A stretch of DNA of 64,000 bases from Eledone cirrhosa (Eukaryota): assembly GCA_964016885.1 (NCBI GenBank), contig OZ024743.1, forward strand, positions 225,742,001 to 225,806,000. Reading direction: 5' to 3'. The notes under the pieces are model-generated. The model worked only from the letters and a program-made list of their open reading frames with translations. It searched no databases and had not been told where the DNA came from. The position numbers and the translations under genes were made by a program. Numbering within the stretch: the first letter of the stretch is position 1; the number at the start of each line of letters is the position of its first letter. This document shows, in pieces, positions 21,483 to 38,847 of the stretch.

Positions 21483-23950
21483 CTCCTTTCTCTCCTTCTT
21501 CTGCTCCTTCCACCCCTCCCTCCACTTCACCACCTCTATCTCCACCACCCACGTCCACTTCTTAGACATCTCCGTCGCCTTCGACCCCTCCCACCACTCC
21601 CTCGTCACCTCCGCCTTCTTCAAACCCACCGACTCCCACTCTTACCTCGACTTCACCTCTTCCCACCCCACCTACACTAAACTCTCCATTCCCTACTCCC
21701 AACTTCTCAGGAGCCGCCGCCTCTGTAGCCGTGATGCTGACTTCGAGTACCAGGCCCTTTCCCTAGTCAGCCATTTCATCCGCAGAGGTTACCCCCCCTC
21801 TCTCGTCTACACCGCTCTCACCCGCGCCCGTGCTATCCCCCCCCCCCCACGCCACCGCACACCCACCCACCGTCTCCCCTTCCCCATCACCTACCACCCT
21901 CCACCTTACCCCTCCACCGCACCATCCGCCGCCTCTTCCGACGCCTCCAGTCCGACCCCTCCACCTCCCACATCTTCCCAACCCCACCACTCCCCTCCTT
22001 CAAACGCGCACGCAATCTCCGCACCCTCCTCGTCCACAGCTCCCTACCCCCCAACCCACGCTCCGGTTCCCCCCCCGGTTCCTTCCTCTGTTCTATGCCC
22101 CGCTGCAACACCTGACCCACATCACCAACACCACCACCTTCCAGGGTCCCAATGGCCACACTCTCTCGGTCCGGCATGCCTTCCGCTGCACCTCCTCCAA
22201 CCTAGTCTACGGACTTCGTTGCACGAGGTGCAGCGCGACTTATGTCGGACAGACGGGACGTCGCCTGGCGGACCGAGTCACGGAGCACCTCCGGGATATT
22301 CGTCTCGGGGGCAGTTCCCCCATCGCCCGCCACTTTGGTGGCCCTGGACACTCCGCACGCCATCTCACAGTCTGTGGCCTACTCCAGTGCCACGGAACAC
22401 CCGCCCATCGCCTTACGGTCGAACAACGCACTATCTTCATCTTACAGACCCACACTCCCCCCGGCCTGAACTCCCCACCCTTATTCCTTTAGCGTTCGAC
22501 CGCCCCCTCCCCCTCCCCCCACACTTATCCCCCACTAACACCACTAACACACCCCTCCTTTTCACCGCCCACCCCACACTAACAATACTAACACCTCCAC
22601 TCCACCCCTCATCTGACCACCCTTCCCCAACTAACATACTAACATCCCTTCCCTCCCCTCTTCTCCTCCTCCCCCTCCTTATCACACGCACACACGCACC
22701 CACTTACACCACCCACCCCACACGCAACTAACATCACTAACACCCCCCAACCCCACGCACACGTACCCACACATCCTCGTACACCACCAACTCTACACAC
22801 CCTACCACCACTAACCCCACTCACACCTGCATTCCACCCCTCCCCACCTCCCGTATACTAACACCCACTAACACCAAACTACACACACACCAGTACACCA
22901 TACTCCCTCCATAGAACCACACACACCCTTCTCTCCTCGCTCCACACTCACTCATCCCACTAACACCCCTACTAATACACACACACACACACACACACCC
23001 TCCTCACTCCAACTCTCACACCTACCCATCCTCGCCTCCCTACCATTCCGCCGACTGCTGCTATGCCCTTCCGACCACCTCTCAGCACCAACTGACCACA
23101 GCACTCCCACTGCTGACCACTTCCTGTTGCGCGCGCACCCCACATCTCTCCTCTTCCGACCACCACTTCTTGGATTACCCACACACGAAATTGACTTCTA
23201 ACCAAATCTCCAAACATCCGTGGAACTTACCAACTTTTCAACCATCCTCTTACACCATCACCTATATAACTCACCCCCCCCCCCCCCCAAAAAAAATTTT
23301 TTTTATCCACACGCCACCCACACCCACAACACGCTTAAACCACACACACGTGCTTCCCACCACATATTTACACCCTCAGCCTCCTGATTTCTCTCCCCCC
23401 ACCCCGCTATCCACACACGCACAGACACTTCGACCCCCCAAAACACCCCCACACACACACCTTCCTGAACATGCAACCCCGTTCTTCCCCCAACCCTCAC
23501 TTTCACATACACACACACACACACACGCACACCTAACCACACACACCACCTTCAGCCCTCCCCGCTCGGACACCCCGTCTCCCTCTCCCCACTCCACCCG
23601 CCACCACCCCTACTCACCCCACACCCTTCCACCACCTGTTTACCCCCCTTTTAATTTCAGTTTATTTTGATCATGCCTTTATTTTTAAATTTTCTCATTC
23701 CTTGTATTTTGATCATGCTTTATTTTTATTTATTATATTTTTTGTCTTTATTTGTTAATTTTTCATTCGCACCGTTTCCTTTCGCTATATGTCTCTCCAC
23801 CACTCCCCTACACACCTTTTGAACTCTCACCTGAAGAAGGGCTTATGCCCGAAACGTCGTCCCCCACCTACCCCCCACTCTCCTGAGCGTGAATTTAATA
23901 AACATTTATTGTACTGCCTCTCTGTTCTGTCCCTGTTCAATTTTTCATTA
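21479..23950 (+). mobile_element. Penelope-like element (Neptune-type), 5'-truncated: RT thumb, GIY-YIG, long C/A-rich 3' region, pLTR; flanked by (TA)n
   Basis: HFLDI, KPTDSHSYLDFTSSHP, IPYSQLLR, RGYP; FRCTSSNLVYGLRCTRCSATYVGQTGRRL..R..EH; PPGLN; stop at 22492. Confidence 0.9.
23826..23862 (+). ncRNA. Minimal Penelope-type hammerhead motif
   Basis: CUGAAGA A GGGC UUAU GCCC GAAA CGUC with palindromic ACGU stem III; stem I weak. Confidence 0.75.
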
Positions 23951-24002
23951 TATATACATATATATATATATATTCCTGGATAACGGGATCTTCTGAAACT
24001 AA

Positions 24003-24042
<40 letters not shown>

Positions 24043-24204
24043 TCAGAAGATCCCGTTAAGGGTGAAAGCAGCGATTCTTTGCTTAAACTTTAATCTTTTA
24101 TTTTAATAAATAAATATATATATATATATATATATAAATAAATGTACGTATGTAATATATTAATAATATTAATAATATATATTAATAATATTAATAATAT
24201 ATAT

Positions 24205-24393
24205 ATAATTGTTTCTACTTTAGGCACAAGGCCAGCAATTATCCAGTGCATTACTGGTACTTTATTTTATCGACCCCGTAAGGATGAAAGGCAAAGTAAA
24301 CCTCGGCGGGATTTGAACTCAGATCGTAAAGGGACGTAACTATGCTGGAAAGCATGGCGTCAAACCCTCTACCGATACTGCCAATCCACCACC
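24205..24393 (-). mobile_element. tRNA-derived SINE family A
   Basis: Full-length match to the other copies. Confidence 0.9.
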
Positions 24394-24943
24394 CTATATA
24401 ATGTATGTATATATGATATATAATATATATATATATGTTAGTAAATACGAAGAAATATTTATACTATTCCACACACATATAATATATATGTTATGTCGTC
24501 GACCACTGAATCCAACAACCAGCGTTCTAGGCCAGCACGTGACACCTGCGTTCCCAGCCATGGCACGCGCGACCTTAGAGTAGTTACCATGGAGATCTAG
24601 CCAGACACAGCCGAGTTCTTTGAATTTACAGACGACAACTTTAAGACTGGCTTTTGGTGTTTTAACCAACTCACTGGGGCTGAGCATATAATATATATAT
24701 ATATGTGTGTGTGTGTTATATGTGTGTGAATGCGTGTGTGTGTGTGTTATATGTGTGTGTATGCGTGTGTGTGTGTGTATTATATGTGTGTGTGTTATAT
24801 GTGTGTGTGTATGTGTGTGTGTATGTGTGTGTGTATGTGTGTGCGTGTGTGTGCTATATATGTGTGTGTGTGTTATATGTGTGTGTGTATGTGTGTGCGT
24901 GTGTGTGTTTTATATATGGGTGTGTGTTATATGTGTGTGTGTG

Positions 24944-25000
<57 letters not shown>

Positions 25001-25003
<3 letters not shown>

Positions 25004-25111
25004 GCACATACACACTTAAACCTATATATATGTATATATATAGAGAGACACACATAATATACATATATAATATATATATATAATATATATATATATATAT
25101 TATATATATAT

Positions 25112-25157
<46 letters not shown>

Positions 25158-25230
25158 ATTATATATGTATATTATGTGTGTCTCTCTATATATATACATA
25201 TATATAGGTTTAAGTGTGTATGTGCGTGTG
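25001..25230. repeat. Fold-back palindrome centred on a TA tract
   Basis: CACGCACATACACACTTAAACCTATA..GAGAGACACACATAAT is mirrored by ATTATGTGTGTCTCTC..TATAGGTTTAAGTGTGTATGTGCGTG. Confidence 0.9.
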
Positions 25231-25574
25231 TATGTGTGTGTTAGCGTGTGTGCATATGTGCGTATGTATGAGTGTGTGTATGGTATGTGTGTGTTTGCGT
25301 ATGTGTCTGTATGCGTGTGTGTCTGTCTGTGCGTGTGTCTGTGTGTATCTGTGTAAGTGTTTGTGTGTGTGTGTGTGTACACAAATTCATAAGTTTCCTA
25401 AAATATGTCTGTATGCTTAATTTTTCTTAAAAATTATAAACTGGTTCCTTCTGTCAGAGATAATAATCTGATTTGAGAATAATGCATCTCAAAATATGAA
25501 CATGGGTGTATATATATATATGTATGTGTGCGTGTGTCTGTGTTTGTGTTTGTGTGTGTGTTAAATATATATCA

Positions 25575-25800
25575 ACTAGCAGAAAACCACCCACCGGGTG
25601 GTTTTCTGCTAGTCTATATATCTAAAACAGAGAATGTCTGTCTGTCTGTCAGCTCACTAAAACTCGAGAACCACCCAACCGATTGTTTTCAAACTTTACA
25701 AATGTAATACTTATGGTCATGTGGGTGTTTTGAGCAAATTTCAAATTTTCAATGCCCTAGGGACCAAATTAGGCGATTTAGCGATCTTTCTCTATAATTC
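25575..25800 (+). mobile_element. Non-autonomous Helitron-like fragment
   Basis: CTAG-ending palindrome directly followed by TCTATATATCTAAAA and a (GTCT)n run, typical of invertebrate Helitron 5' ends. Confidence 0.55.
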
Positions 25801-25976
25801 TTAGTCTTTCTTTTTAGATAGATACATAGATATAACGTTGCGCCCTTATAATATCTGTCTGTATGTCTGGCTGCCTGCATTACGCCATTAAGACGCGATC
25901 AGTGTGTGTGTGTGTGTATATATGTATATATAGTGTGTGTATATATGTATATATAGTGTGTGTATATATATATATT

Positions 25977-26705
<729 letters not shown>

Positions 26706-26782
26706 AGTATATACTATATATATATATACATACATATAGTATGACATATATATATAGATCATATACATATATATATATGTCA

Positions 26783-26819
<37 letters not shown>

Positions 26820-27129
26820 TTAAAACAATGAAATTAAACAAAAAATGGTTAATTCATAGTAAAACTCTGATATGTATTGAGTACCTTACTTACTGTGGTT
26901 ACCCCCGATTGAACCCGGGATAACCCCCCCCACATATATATATATGCATACATATACTGGGAAATATTCACGCCTAAATATATATATATATATATATAAG
27001 CACAAATATACACATAAATAAATCTTCGAATCATCCTTCCATCGAAGGTGAAACGGAAATATACACACATATATAAACACAGCTATACATACAAAATTAC
27101 ACACGCATATATAAACATACATACATAGG

Positions 27130-27380
27130 AAAAAAACCTGCGGCTTTGGAAGCATCCGATAATGTTGACCAGTTCTCCTTTTCGGGTAGTGTTTTCGATG
27201 CTCAGAGGGTGGGATTGGTCGAGTGCAAGGCCTTTCCCCACTTAAAAAAACCTTCACAGCACAGACATTGCTTGTTCAGGATATGTTACAGGTTCGTCTA
27301 AAAGTGCACCAAACTCTATAATCTGGCAAGCGATTGCAATACTCTTAGCAGAATTTGCAGCCATCATGTATGTATGTATG

Positions 27381-27414
<34 letters not shown>

Positions 27415-28555
27415 TGTATGTATGTATGTATGTATGTATGTATGTATGTATGTGGGACTGGCTTTGTGCAGTGCCTTTGCTCACCATAAAAGCTTCACGG
27501 CACAGGCATTGCTTTATATCTGGAGATCTCTCTGCACTTGTCGTCACATGGTACCATGGATCCAGCACTATGTGTCAATAATTGTCACAAGTGTAGTGTT
27601 TGTACCAGAGTTTTCAAGTCGCTGGCTGGACTAAAAAGTCACACTCGTTCAGCGCATTGGTAGTTCTCCTACATGGATATAAAGTAGTGGCCGTACTCGA
27701 AAACGAGTTGGCAACCGCCATGTATGTATGTATGTATGTATGTATGTATGTATGTATGTATGTATGTATGTATGTATGTATGTATGTATGTATGTATGTA
27801 TGTATGTACGTATGTATGTACCTGTGTCGGGTCACTCTTGAGTGCTACTGGTATCTTGTAACCCAGTACAACCTGTCGCATGGTCGGGACGTCGGCGGCT
27901 AAACCGGCAACCCCACCAAGTTTACTTGGTGAGGAGGGTAATTTTGGACACCCTGCAGGACAAAAAACAAAACCTGACAAAGGGCGGAAGAACTCATAAG
28001 AGTCAACGACCATCCGAAATTGTGTAAATATGTATATAGACATGTACCGCCCGGTTAAACCACTGGGAGCGAAGGACCCCTAGCCTTTGTCAGGGCATTC
28101 TTCTAGGAGAAGGCAACTCATGAAACTGGGATAACTCCGATATAAACCTGCAGCTCAGTAGTTACCGATGATGTTGATCTTTTCTTCTTTTCGGGTTATA
28201 GCTATTGTCGCTCAGAGAGTGGGATTGGCTCAGAGCACAGTCTTTCCTCACTTAAAAAAATATCATCACGCACAGGCATTGCACGATAGAATTAATTGTT
28301 TCTACTTTAGGCACAAGGCCAGCAATTATCCCAGTGTATTACTGGTACTTTATTTTATCGACCCCGTAAGGATGAAAGGCAAAGTTAACCTCGGCAGGAT
28401 TTGAACTCAGATCATAAAGGGCCATAACTCTATGCTACGAAGCATGGCGTCCGACCCTCTACCGATACTACCAATCCACAGAATTAATTAATAATTATTA
28501 ATAATGTTATATTGAGCAATGGCCATACTCGATGACGAGGGGGTAGCCATCACGT
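27130..28555 (+). mobile_element. Three copies or fragments of the RTE-leader non-autonomous element separated by (ATGT)n; last copy interrupted by a SINE
   Basis: Segments ~27130-27366, ~27453-27720 and ~27820-28555 are mutually similar and end GCAGCCATC, GCAACCGCC or GTAGCCATC before (ATGT)n. Confidence 0.65.
28290..28480 (-). mobile_element. tRNA-derived SINE family A
   Basis: Full-length match; AGAATTAATT occurs on both sides (possible TSD). Confidence 0.9.
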
Positions 28556-28565
28556 ATGTATGTAT

Positions 28566-30323
28566 GTTCTTCTGGTTTTATAATTTCACAAAATTTTACC
28601 AATAGAGAGAGAGTCGGTTTCTAACATAGACACAAGACTCTCTCATTGGAATTTACACAACATCAACTAGGTAGAGATGTATGTATGCATGTGTAGATAT
28701 GGATTTTATTGTATGTGTGGATGTGTATGTTTTGAGTTGTATGTGTGCATGTGTATATGCTTTGCATCTGTACATGTGTATATGCAGTTATTAGATGCAA
28801 AATTTCTGGAATGTTTTACATATTTTTACTGTTCCATTAATGGATTGTACTTGTAATTTCCTAATTAGTTGTGTTCTTTCTGTTCCTGTGAAGCCTAGCT
28901 TCTCAAGATTTGTATTGAGGCAGTTACTAACATACCCCAGTGCCCCAATAATCACAGGCATAAATCTGAAGGTGTAATCAGGGTGGAGTATCTGCAGATT
29001 TCTCAACAGTTCTGCATAAATATTCTCCTTTTCACTAACCTTTGATATTATATTGGCATCTGCTGGGTAGCTAATTTCTACTACTGTGCATGCTTTCTTC
29101 TCCCTGTCCCATATCATAATATCTGGTCTGTTATGCCTGCATTTTATTGGGGTTTTTACTGGAACATTCCACCAGTACACTTTCATATTATGTACATGGA
29201 TGTCTTCCACATTGCTGTAGCTTTTAATGTGTTTATTATCGGGGCTATCTTTTTTACGAACTGCATTGTACAGTGTTTTGGCCACTACATCGTGCCTCAT
29301 AGGTACATAGTACCGCGATGACATCTTTGGACAGCTGCTGATGACATGGGTGATATCCTCGATGTTAGTTCTGTAGAGTCTGCACTTGTTATCACATCTA
29401 GGTGTTTTGCCTGCATTCCTATCTCTTTTGTGAATCAGGTATTTCGTGTTAATCTCCTGTTCTTGGATTGCAAAAGCGTATCCTTCAAAGTGGGAGCCAA
29501 TATTGCGGTTGTTGGTCCAAGATAGACTACTTTCCATATCTATATTACTCTCATTCTGGAGCTTCCTAGCAACACATCCTTGCATGAAGTTTTGCTGATA
29601 AGCATGCAGTTTTTCATCGATGGATTCACTGCGATACTGCTGAGCGACTTCCCTGGGTGTGAGTTTTTGATTATCACACAGGGAATATCTCTCGAGGAGT
29701 TCCTTCCCAACTCTCATGATCTTATCTGTTTCATGCAGATAGACTTGCTCGAGAAACGGGCTCCTACGCTTCGAGGTTTTTAGATGTTGTCGGAGAGATA
29801 TAATGCGAAATTCAAATGTTGTCTGGACTAATGTTAGGCCTCTGCCTCCCTGCTTACGTTTCAAGTAAAGGCGGTCTATGTCACTTTTGATGTGGAAGTA
29901 TCCGGTGTTGTTTAGTATTTTTCGAGTTCCAACATCAACTGCTCGGATTTCGTCTATCGTCCAATTGAGTATTCCAAACGTTGGTGTTAGGACAGGCACA
30001 GCAAACACATTGTGAGCCACTGTTTTGTTTTGCGCAGAGAGTTCCGATGACCAGTTCTTTCTTAATCGGGTGTAGTATTCCCTGGTTACGCGTTCTTTAT
30101 TACAGATACCATTATAGGATATGTTCTCATCTATCCCCATGTATCTGTAGCAGTCCTCATCAGATATCGGTGAAACAGTTAGGCCACTGATGACAATGTT
30201 GCTAGATTGGGTTGTTGTTTTTCCCCACTTTACAGTCATATATGAGCATTTATCTTGGCCAAACTCCATTCCTATATCCTTTGAGAACGTTGTAACCAGG
30301 TCAAGATTTTTCTTCATTTTTCT
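28566..30323 (-). mobile_element. R4/Dong-clade LINE, 5'-truncated, open RT C-terminus plus restriction-like endonuclease, inserted in (TACA)n
   Basis: FSKDIGMEFGQDKC, YRYMG, RLYLKRKQGGRGL, AIQEQEINT, CRL..EDITHVISSCP, RHD, RPDI..VVEISYP..K..Y. Confidence 0.92.
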
Positions 30324-30467
30324 ATGTATGTATGTATGTATGTATGTATGTATGTATGTATGTATGTATGTATGTATGTATGTATGTATGTATGTATGTA
30401 TGTATGTATGTATGCATGCATGCATGTATGCATGTATGTATGTATGTATGTATGCATGCATGTATTA

Positions 30468-30930
30468 TGTTCTGGTTTTATAATTTTATAAAAGTTTTGC
30501 CAAAGTCGGTTTCTAACATAGACACAAGACTTTCATAGGAGTTTAGACAACATCAACTAGATAGATATGTATGCATGTCTGCATGCATGCGTGTGTGTGG
30601 GGGTATGGATGTTATTGTATGTGTGTATGTATGTATGTATGTATGTATGTATGTATGTATGTATGTATGTATGTTCTTCTGGTTTTATAGTTTCACACAT
30701 TTTTACCAATAGAGAGAGAGAGTCGGTTTCTAACATAGACACAAGACTCTCTCATTGGAATTTATACAACATCAACTAGGTAGATATGTATGTATGTCTG
30801 CATGCATGTGTAGATATGGATGTTATTGTATGTGTGGATGTGTATGTTTTGAGTTGTATGTGTATATGCTTTGTATCTGTACATGTGTATATGTTTGTAT
30901 GTATGTATGTATATATGTATGTACTATATG
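30468..30930 (-). mobile_element. Two further short 3'-end copies of the Dong element
   Basis: GTTCT(TCT)GGTTTTATA..AGTCGGTTTCTAACATAGACACAAGACT..CAACTAG at ~30468 and ~30673 match 28566-28780. Confidence 0.85.
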
Positions 30931-30936
30931 TATGTA

Positions 30937-30969
<33 letters not shown>

Positions 30970-31844
30970 TGTATGTATGTATGTATGTATGTATGTATGT
31001 ATGTATGTATGTATGTGTATGTGTGTGTATGTGTGCATGTATGTATGTATGTATGTATGTATGTATGTATGTATGTATGTATGTATGTATGTGTATAGAT
31101 ACACACTCACACACGCAACCAATGCTATCTCCCACATCACATCCTCGACGCTGATGGTGGGAATGTCAAGTCCCCACCTTCATGCAACCACTGCTACCAC
31201 CACCATCACCATCAACATCACCATTACCACCACCACCACCACCACCACCACCGCCGCCACCACCACCAACAACAACAATAACAACAACATCTCACAAAAT
31301 TGTCTTTGACGAAGATGTCCTTTTCGAAAAAAATGATAATTATTTTATTTTTTTTTCTTCTGATTCTGCTCTATTTGTTATTGTTTTGTTGCTGTTCATG
31401 TCGCTATTTTTGTTGTTGCTGTTGTTGTGTTGACAAACAGTTTTGTATTACAAGACATAGATAACATATTGAGGTGTGACATTCTTGAGAAATTGTAAAT
31501 ATTGGCTTTTTTTTCTTGTTTACGCGATGCAGTGTTATTGTTGTTGTTGTTTAGCCACAGGTCAGCGTTGATCAAGCAGACGTAGGATCAAAATGATCTT
31601 TGATCCATGATCATCCAATCCAATCCAATCCAATCCAATCCAATCCAATCCAATCTTTTTTTTTTTTCGGGCATCGTATATTTCAGATGACATATAATGT
31701 GTTATTGTTTATGATGCTGCTAATTTCTAACGGATTGAATTATCATACACAAGCGTCTTTGTTCTACATGATGTAGTGTAGTGTGGTGTTGGGGGCAAAT
31801 GTAGTTTAGTGCAGTAGCAGGTATATACAGGAAGGGCTCCTGCA

Positions 31845-31995
31845 GCCCATCTACCGAATTTTACTCACGAGTAATTGATCAATGCGAGACTGTAATAGAA
31901 GACACTTGCCCAAGCGGTCGAGCAGAATGGGACTGAATTGGAAACTACGTGGTAGTTGTAGTGCGAATTCCTTAAGTACACAGTCATGCCTGCGC
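31845..31995 (-). mobile_element. Degraded SINE (family C)
   Basis: AGAAGACACTTGCCCAAG..TGGGACTGAA core-like and B-box-like pattern; a weaker copy at ~32820-32955. Confidence 0.55.
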
Positions 31996-32329
31996 ATATT
32001 TTTATTTTTACCTTAGTTTTACGTAATTTTGAATTTCTAAAGGACTAAGATTAATTAAGACGCAGGATTAGAACAAATGAATAAATACGTATAGACATGG
32101 CTGTTTAGTTATGTAGCTCTCATAACAAACACAAGGTTTTGCCACGGAAGAAATATATTTTATCGATATAGTTCACTAATAACATTTGTTAGCACCGTTT
32201 TTCTTTTTCTCTGTTTCTTGTTTACCCTCATCTTTCGTTTTCTCACTCCGAGCCACTCATTCTGTCGAATAACGTTACTCCCAAAACCCTTCGGATGAAC
32301 CCCATTTAGGCCGCTTGTATTCGCGATCG

Positions 32330-32552
32330 AATATTACCAAAGATTCATGATCATAGGCAAAGGCTGGCACGAATATCGATTTGAAGATAGCGAGTTTGGC
32401 TTTTACACCTATCTTCCCCTTCTGATTACTGAATGATGAATTTGGCGCATTACTGTACCAGCTCCAGCAATTCTTGCAGTTAATTCAGCTTCCTGCCTTC
32501 CATCACTCATGAACACGGCCCCGAGATACTTGAACTTTTCAACCTGCTCATA
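32330..32552 (-). mobile_element. RTE-like LINE RT-thumb fragment
   Basis: Minus-strand translation EQVEKFKYLGAVFMSDGRQEAELTARI..KAKLAIFKSIFVP; related 3'-end fragment at 47390-47640. Confidence 0.7.
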
Positions 32553-33049
32553 GCTTTAAGAATTAATACTTTCAAGTAGTAGCGCACAATTCTGAAAAGC
32601 TCAATTGGGCAGTCTTGCATCTACCATATAAACTAGTAATCGATGGACCTCCGTCGGTTTTGACGATGAGTGTTCTGGCTGCTCGATCAACGGAATAACA
32701 TGCTCATGAAATGTAAGGGGATGAGCATTCCACTGATACTTGTACCTGTAACTTAATTCTCAGGGAGATTCTGCCTGACAGAGTATAACCAGGCTGTCGT
32801 TTGAATTACATGTAGACATTTCTAAGCAGTTTCTGTCTACTCAATATCCTTATTAACACATGAGTCGACTCGAAGGTATGGTAAATGACGAAGATGTCAT
32901 GCAATGGGATTGAAGCTGTGGCCTAATAATTATGAAGCAAACTTCTTAATCATTTGGCTACGCTGCAATCACACATCCTGTATTGAATGAAGAGAAAATA
33001 GCTAAAAACAAATTTGCTAATTCAAAGGATTTTATTATCTTTACTAACA

Positions 33050-33430
33050 AACATATATCTGTGGAAATTTGCAGTGTTGGAGTAAAAACATTAATGTTTA
33101 GTATAGTATGGTCATATTGCCCTTTTGTACTAGATGTATATAATATCTTTACTTTTAAATGTGATGCGGCCATAGATATTTCTGGAAATTTGTAGCGTTG
33201 GAGTAAAGACATTAATTATTAATGTGATATGGTCATAATAGTATCTTTATTAGTGGACAGATCTTTGTGAGCATTTGCAGTAAGCTAAAAACTTTAATTT
33301 CTAATGTAATGCAGCTATATTTGTTGTTTCGTACTAAATCTTTGTAGTATCTTTACTGGTGGTCATATCTTTGTCCAAATTTGCAGTATTAAAGTAAAGG
33401 TTTTAATGTTTTAAGTAATGCAATCATACT
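33050..33430. repeat. Old degenerate tandem repeat, four ~90-125-bp units
   Basis: ATTTG(C/T)AG..TAAA..TTAAT motif at ~33065, 33185, 33272 and 33378. Confidence 0.6.
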
Positions 33431-33748
33431 GATGTTTTTTACTTTTCAAGAATGTCTTGCTAATATAGTTTCATGTGGTATAGGACGTTAAGATATCATG
33501 GTGGTCATTGAAATATATGGGTGGTTCAGGACACTAAGATTTTCTTAATGATGCATATTTCATAAAATGTCGTGGATACACACTTTTGAAGAGGCCGATT
33601 GCGAATATTTTGAATTAAAAACAAAATGAAAGAATATCTTTTTTTTTTTATCTAGATAGGAACATTTCCATACATTTCTAATCACGGGGTAACCTGTACA
33701 CAATTATTGCACAACATAATGACGAACATAAGATTAACAGAGTACAAT

Positions 33749-33917
33749 CAGCGCTGGATTAACTATTAAGCAAAATATGCACGTTCTTAGGGGCTCTGTG
33801 CAGAATTTCTACGGACCCTGATGCAATGTTGCAGAAAAAAACAAAGACCACAAAAAGGAGACCCGTCATACAATATGTTTAGTGTTTTGGCTTAAAAAGA
33901 TGTTAATCCGGCCCTTG
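33749..33917. mobile_element. MITE with hAT-like terminal inverted repeats
   Basis: CAGCGCTGGATTAAC ... GTTAATCCGGCCCT; TSD not cleanly resolved. Confidence 0.5.
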
Positions 33918-34036
33918 TACATACTAAGAAATCATTCATCTCAAATTGAAGGACTCAAAGGGGACATTACGTCTGTGGAAGAGGCACAGTGGTCAAACGT
34001 GAGATGAGATGGGTGGAGGCATATTTGCAACCAGTT

Positions 34037-34555
34037 ATAATTGTTTCTACTTTAGGCACAAGGCCAGCAATTACCCAGTGCATTACTGGTACTTTATTTT
34101 ATCGACCCCGTAAGGATGAATGTTAATCTCTATTACAACTGATAGGCTTCCATATGTTTATTTATCCATTTATTTATTCAAAATGAATACATATGATATT
34201 AATAGGATATGTGAATTACTACAAAATGTAGGGAAACAAATTTTCTTGAATTAGTCACGAATATTCTTCTTCTGCGGGCCATAGAAAAATAGTTTGCGGA
34301 TCGCACGGTTAAGAACCTTGATCAAACGTTATTATGTTGTGAATTGGCAATATCGGCAGAGCGTCGGACAACATGCTTTACGGTATAGAGTTACGTTCCT
34401 TTATGTTGTGAGTTCAAATCCCGCCGAGGTTAGATTTGTCTTTCATCCTTACAGGGTCAATAAAATAAAGCACCAGTAATGCACTGGAGTCAATTTAATC
34501 GACTTTCCTCTCTCCCAAAATATTTGGCCTTGTGTCTAAATCAGAAATCATTATG
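34037..34555. mobile_element. SINE family A: partial minus copy (34037-34120) and older plus copy (34340-34555)
   Basis: Shared A/B boxes and tail. Confidence 0.8.
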
Positions 34556-34929
34556 TTGAACAATGGTGTCATGTGGTACAATTAAGAGTTAATCAAATGA
34601 ACGTGGCAATGGTCCAGGTGAGGGTATGTACACGTATTCTTCTTTTATTTATTTCATCATCGAGCCCGCGATGTGCGACAAAGACACATTTTTTTACCCT
34701 GACATTAAGTTTAAACCCATAATACAATAATAAAATGAAAAGAAATGATGAAACAGTGTAGGTCAGGTGGTGTTCTACCGTTTCTATAGAATCACTACGT
34801 CACCAAATATAAAAGAAGTAACATAGTAAACATAAAAAGGAAGTTTTAATAGTGGGGGTGGGTGGGGGTGGAAGGTCAACATAGCAAACTAGATCTTTTT
34901 ATAGGTAAGCATACACACGCATACCCACC

Positions 34930-38330
<3,401 letters not shown>

Positions 38331-38429
38331 AAATATGTATGTGAATGTTTATATATATAAGTTGACGGGACTAGCATGAGTTTCACTCATAAATATATAC
38401 ATATATGTATATATATATATACATACATG

Positions 38430-38476
<47 letters not shown>

Positions 38477-38785
38477 ACACACACACACACATACACATAT
38501 ATATACATGAAAACTTGTTTATTTATCCGTGTGCTGTTGACGAACGTGAGGATTAGAACTCAATACAAAAATAGAATTTAAATATTTCTTATTATGGCTA
38601 AGCAATGATTCTTGTTACTCAGGAATTTCACTTGTCTACTATCAGGGTCAACAGACAAAATATGGGTCTACAAAACCTTACTTCAAAATTTGAAGTACAA
38701 TATAAATGATGTATCTAAAATGGAGATGTGATTTATGCTCGAGTTATATGATATCTATTTTTTGTAGATCTAGTGTCCTGTACAC

Positions 38786-38847
<62 letters not shown>

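Noticed and set aside
24490-24690. LDLHG (Smr-like) peptide in ORF 24394..24687
   Set aside because: Isolated five-residue match in a 200-bp island with no supporting splice signals.
38615-38650. Hammerhead-like CUGAUAG..GAAA on the minus strand
   Set aside because: Core is wrong and stems I and II do not pair.
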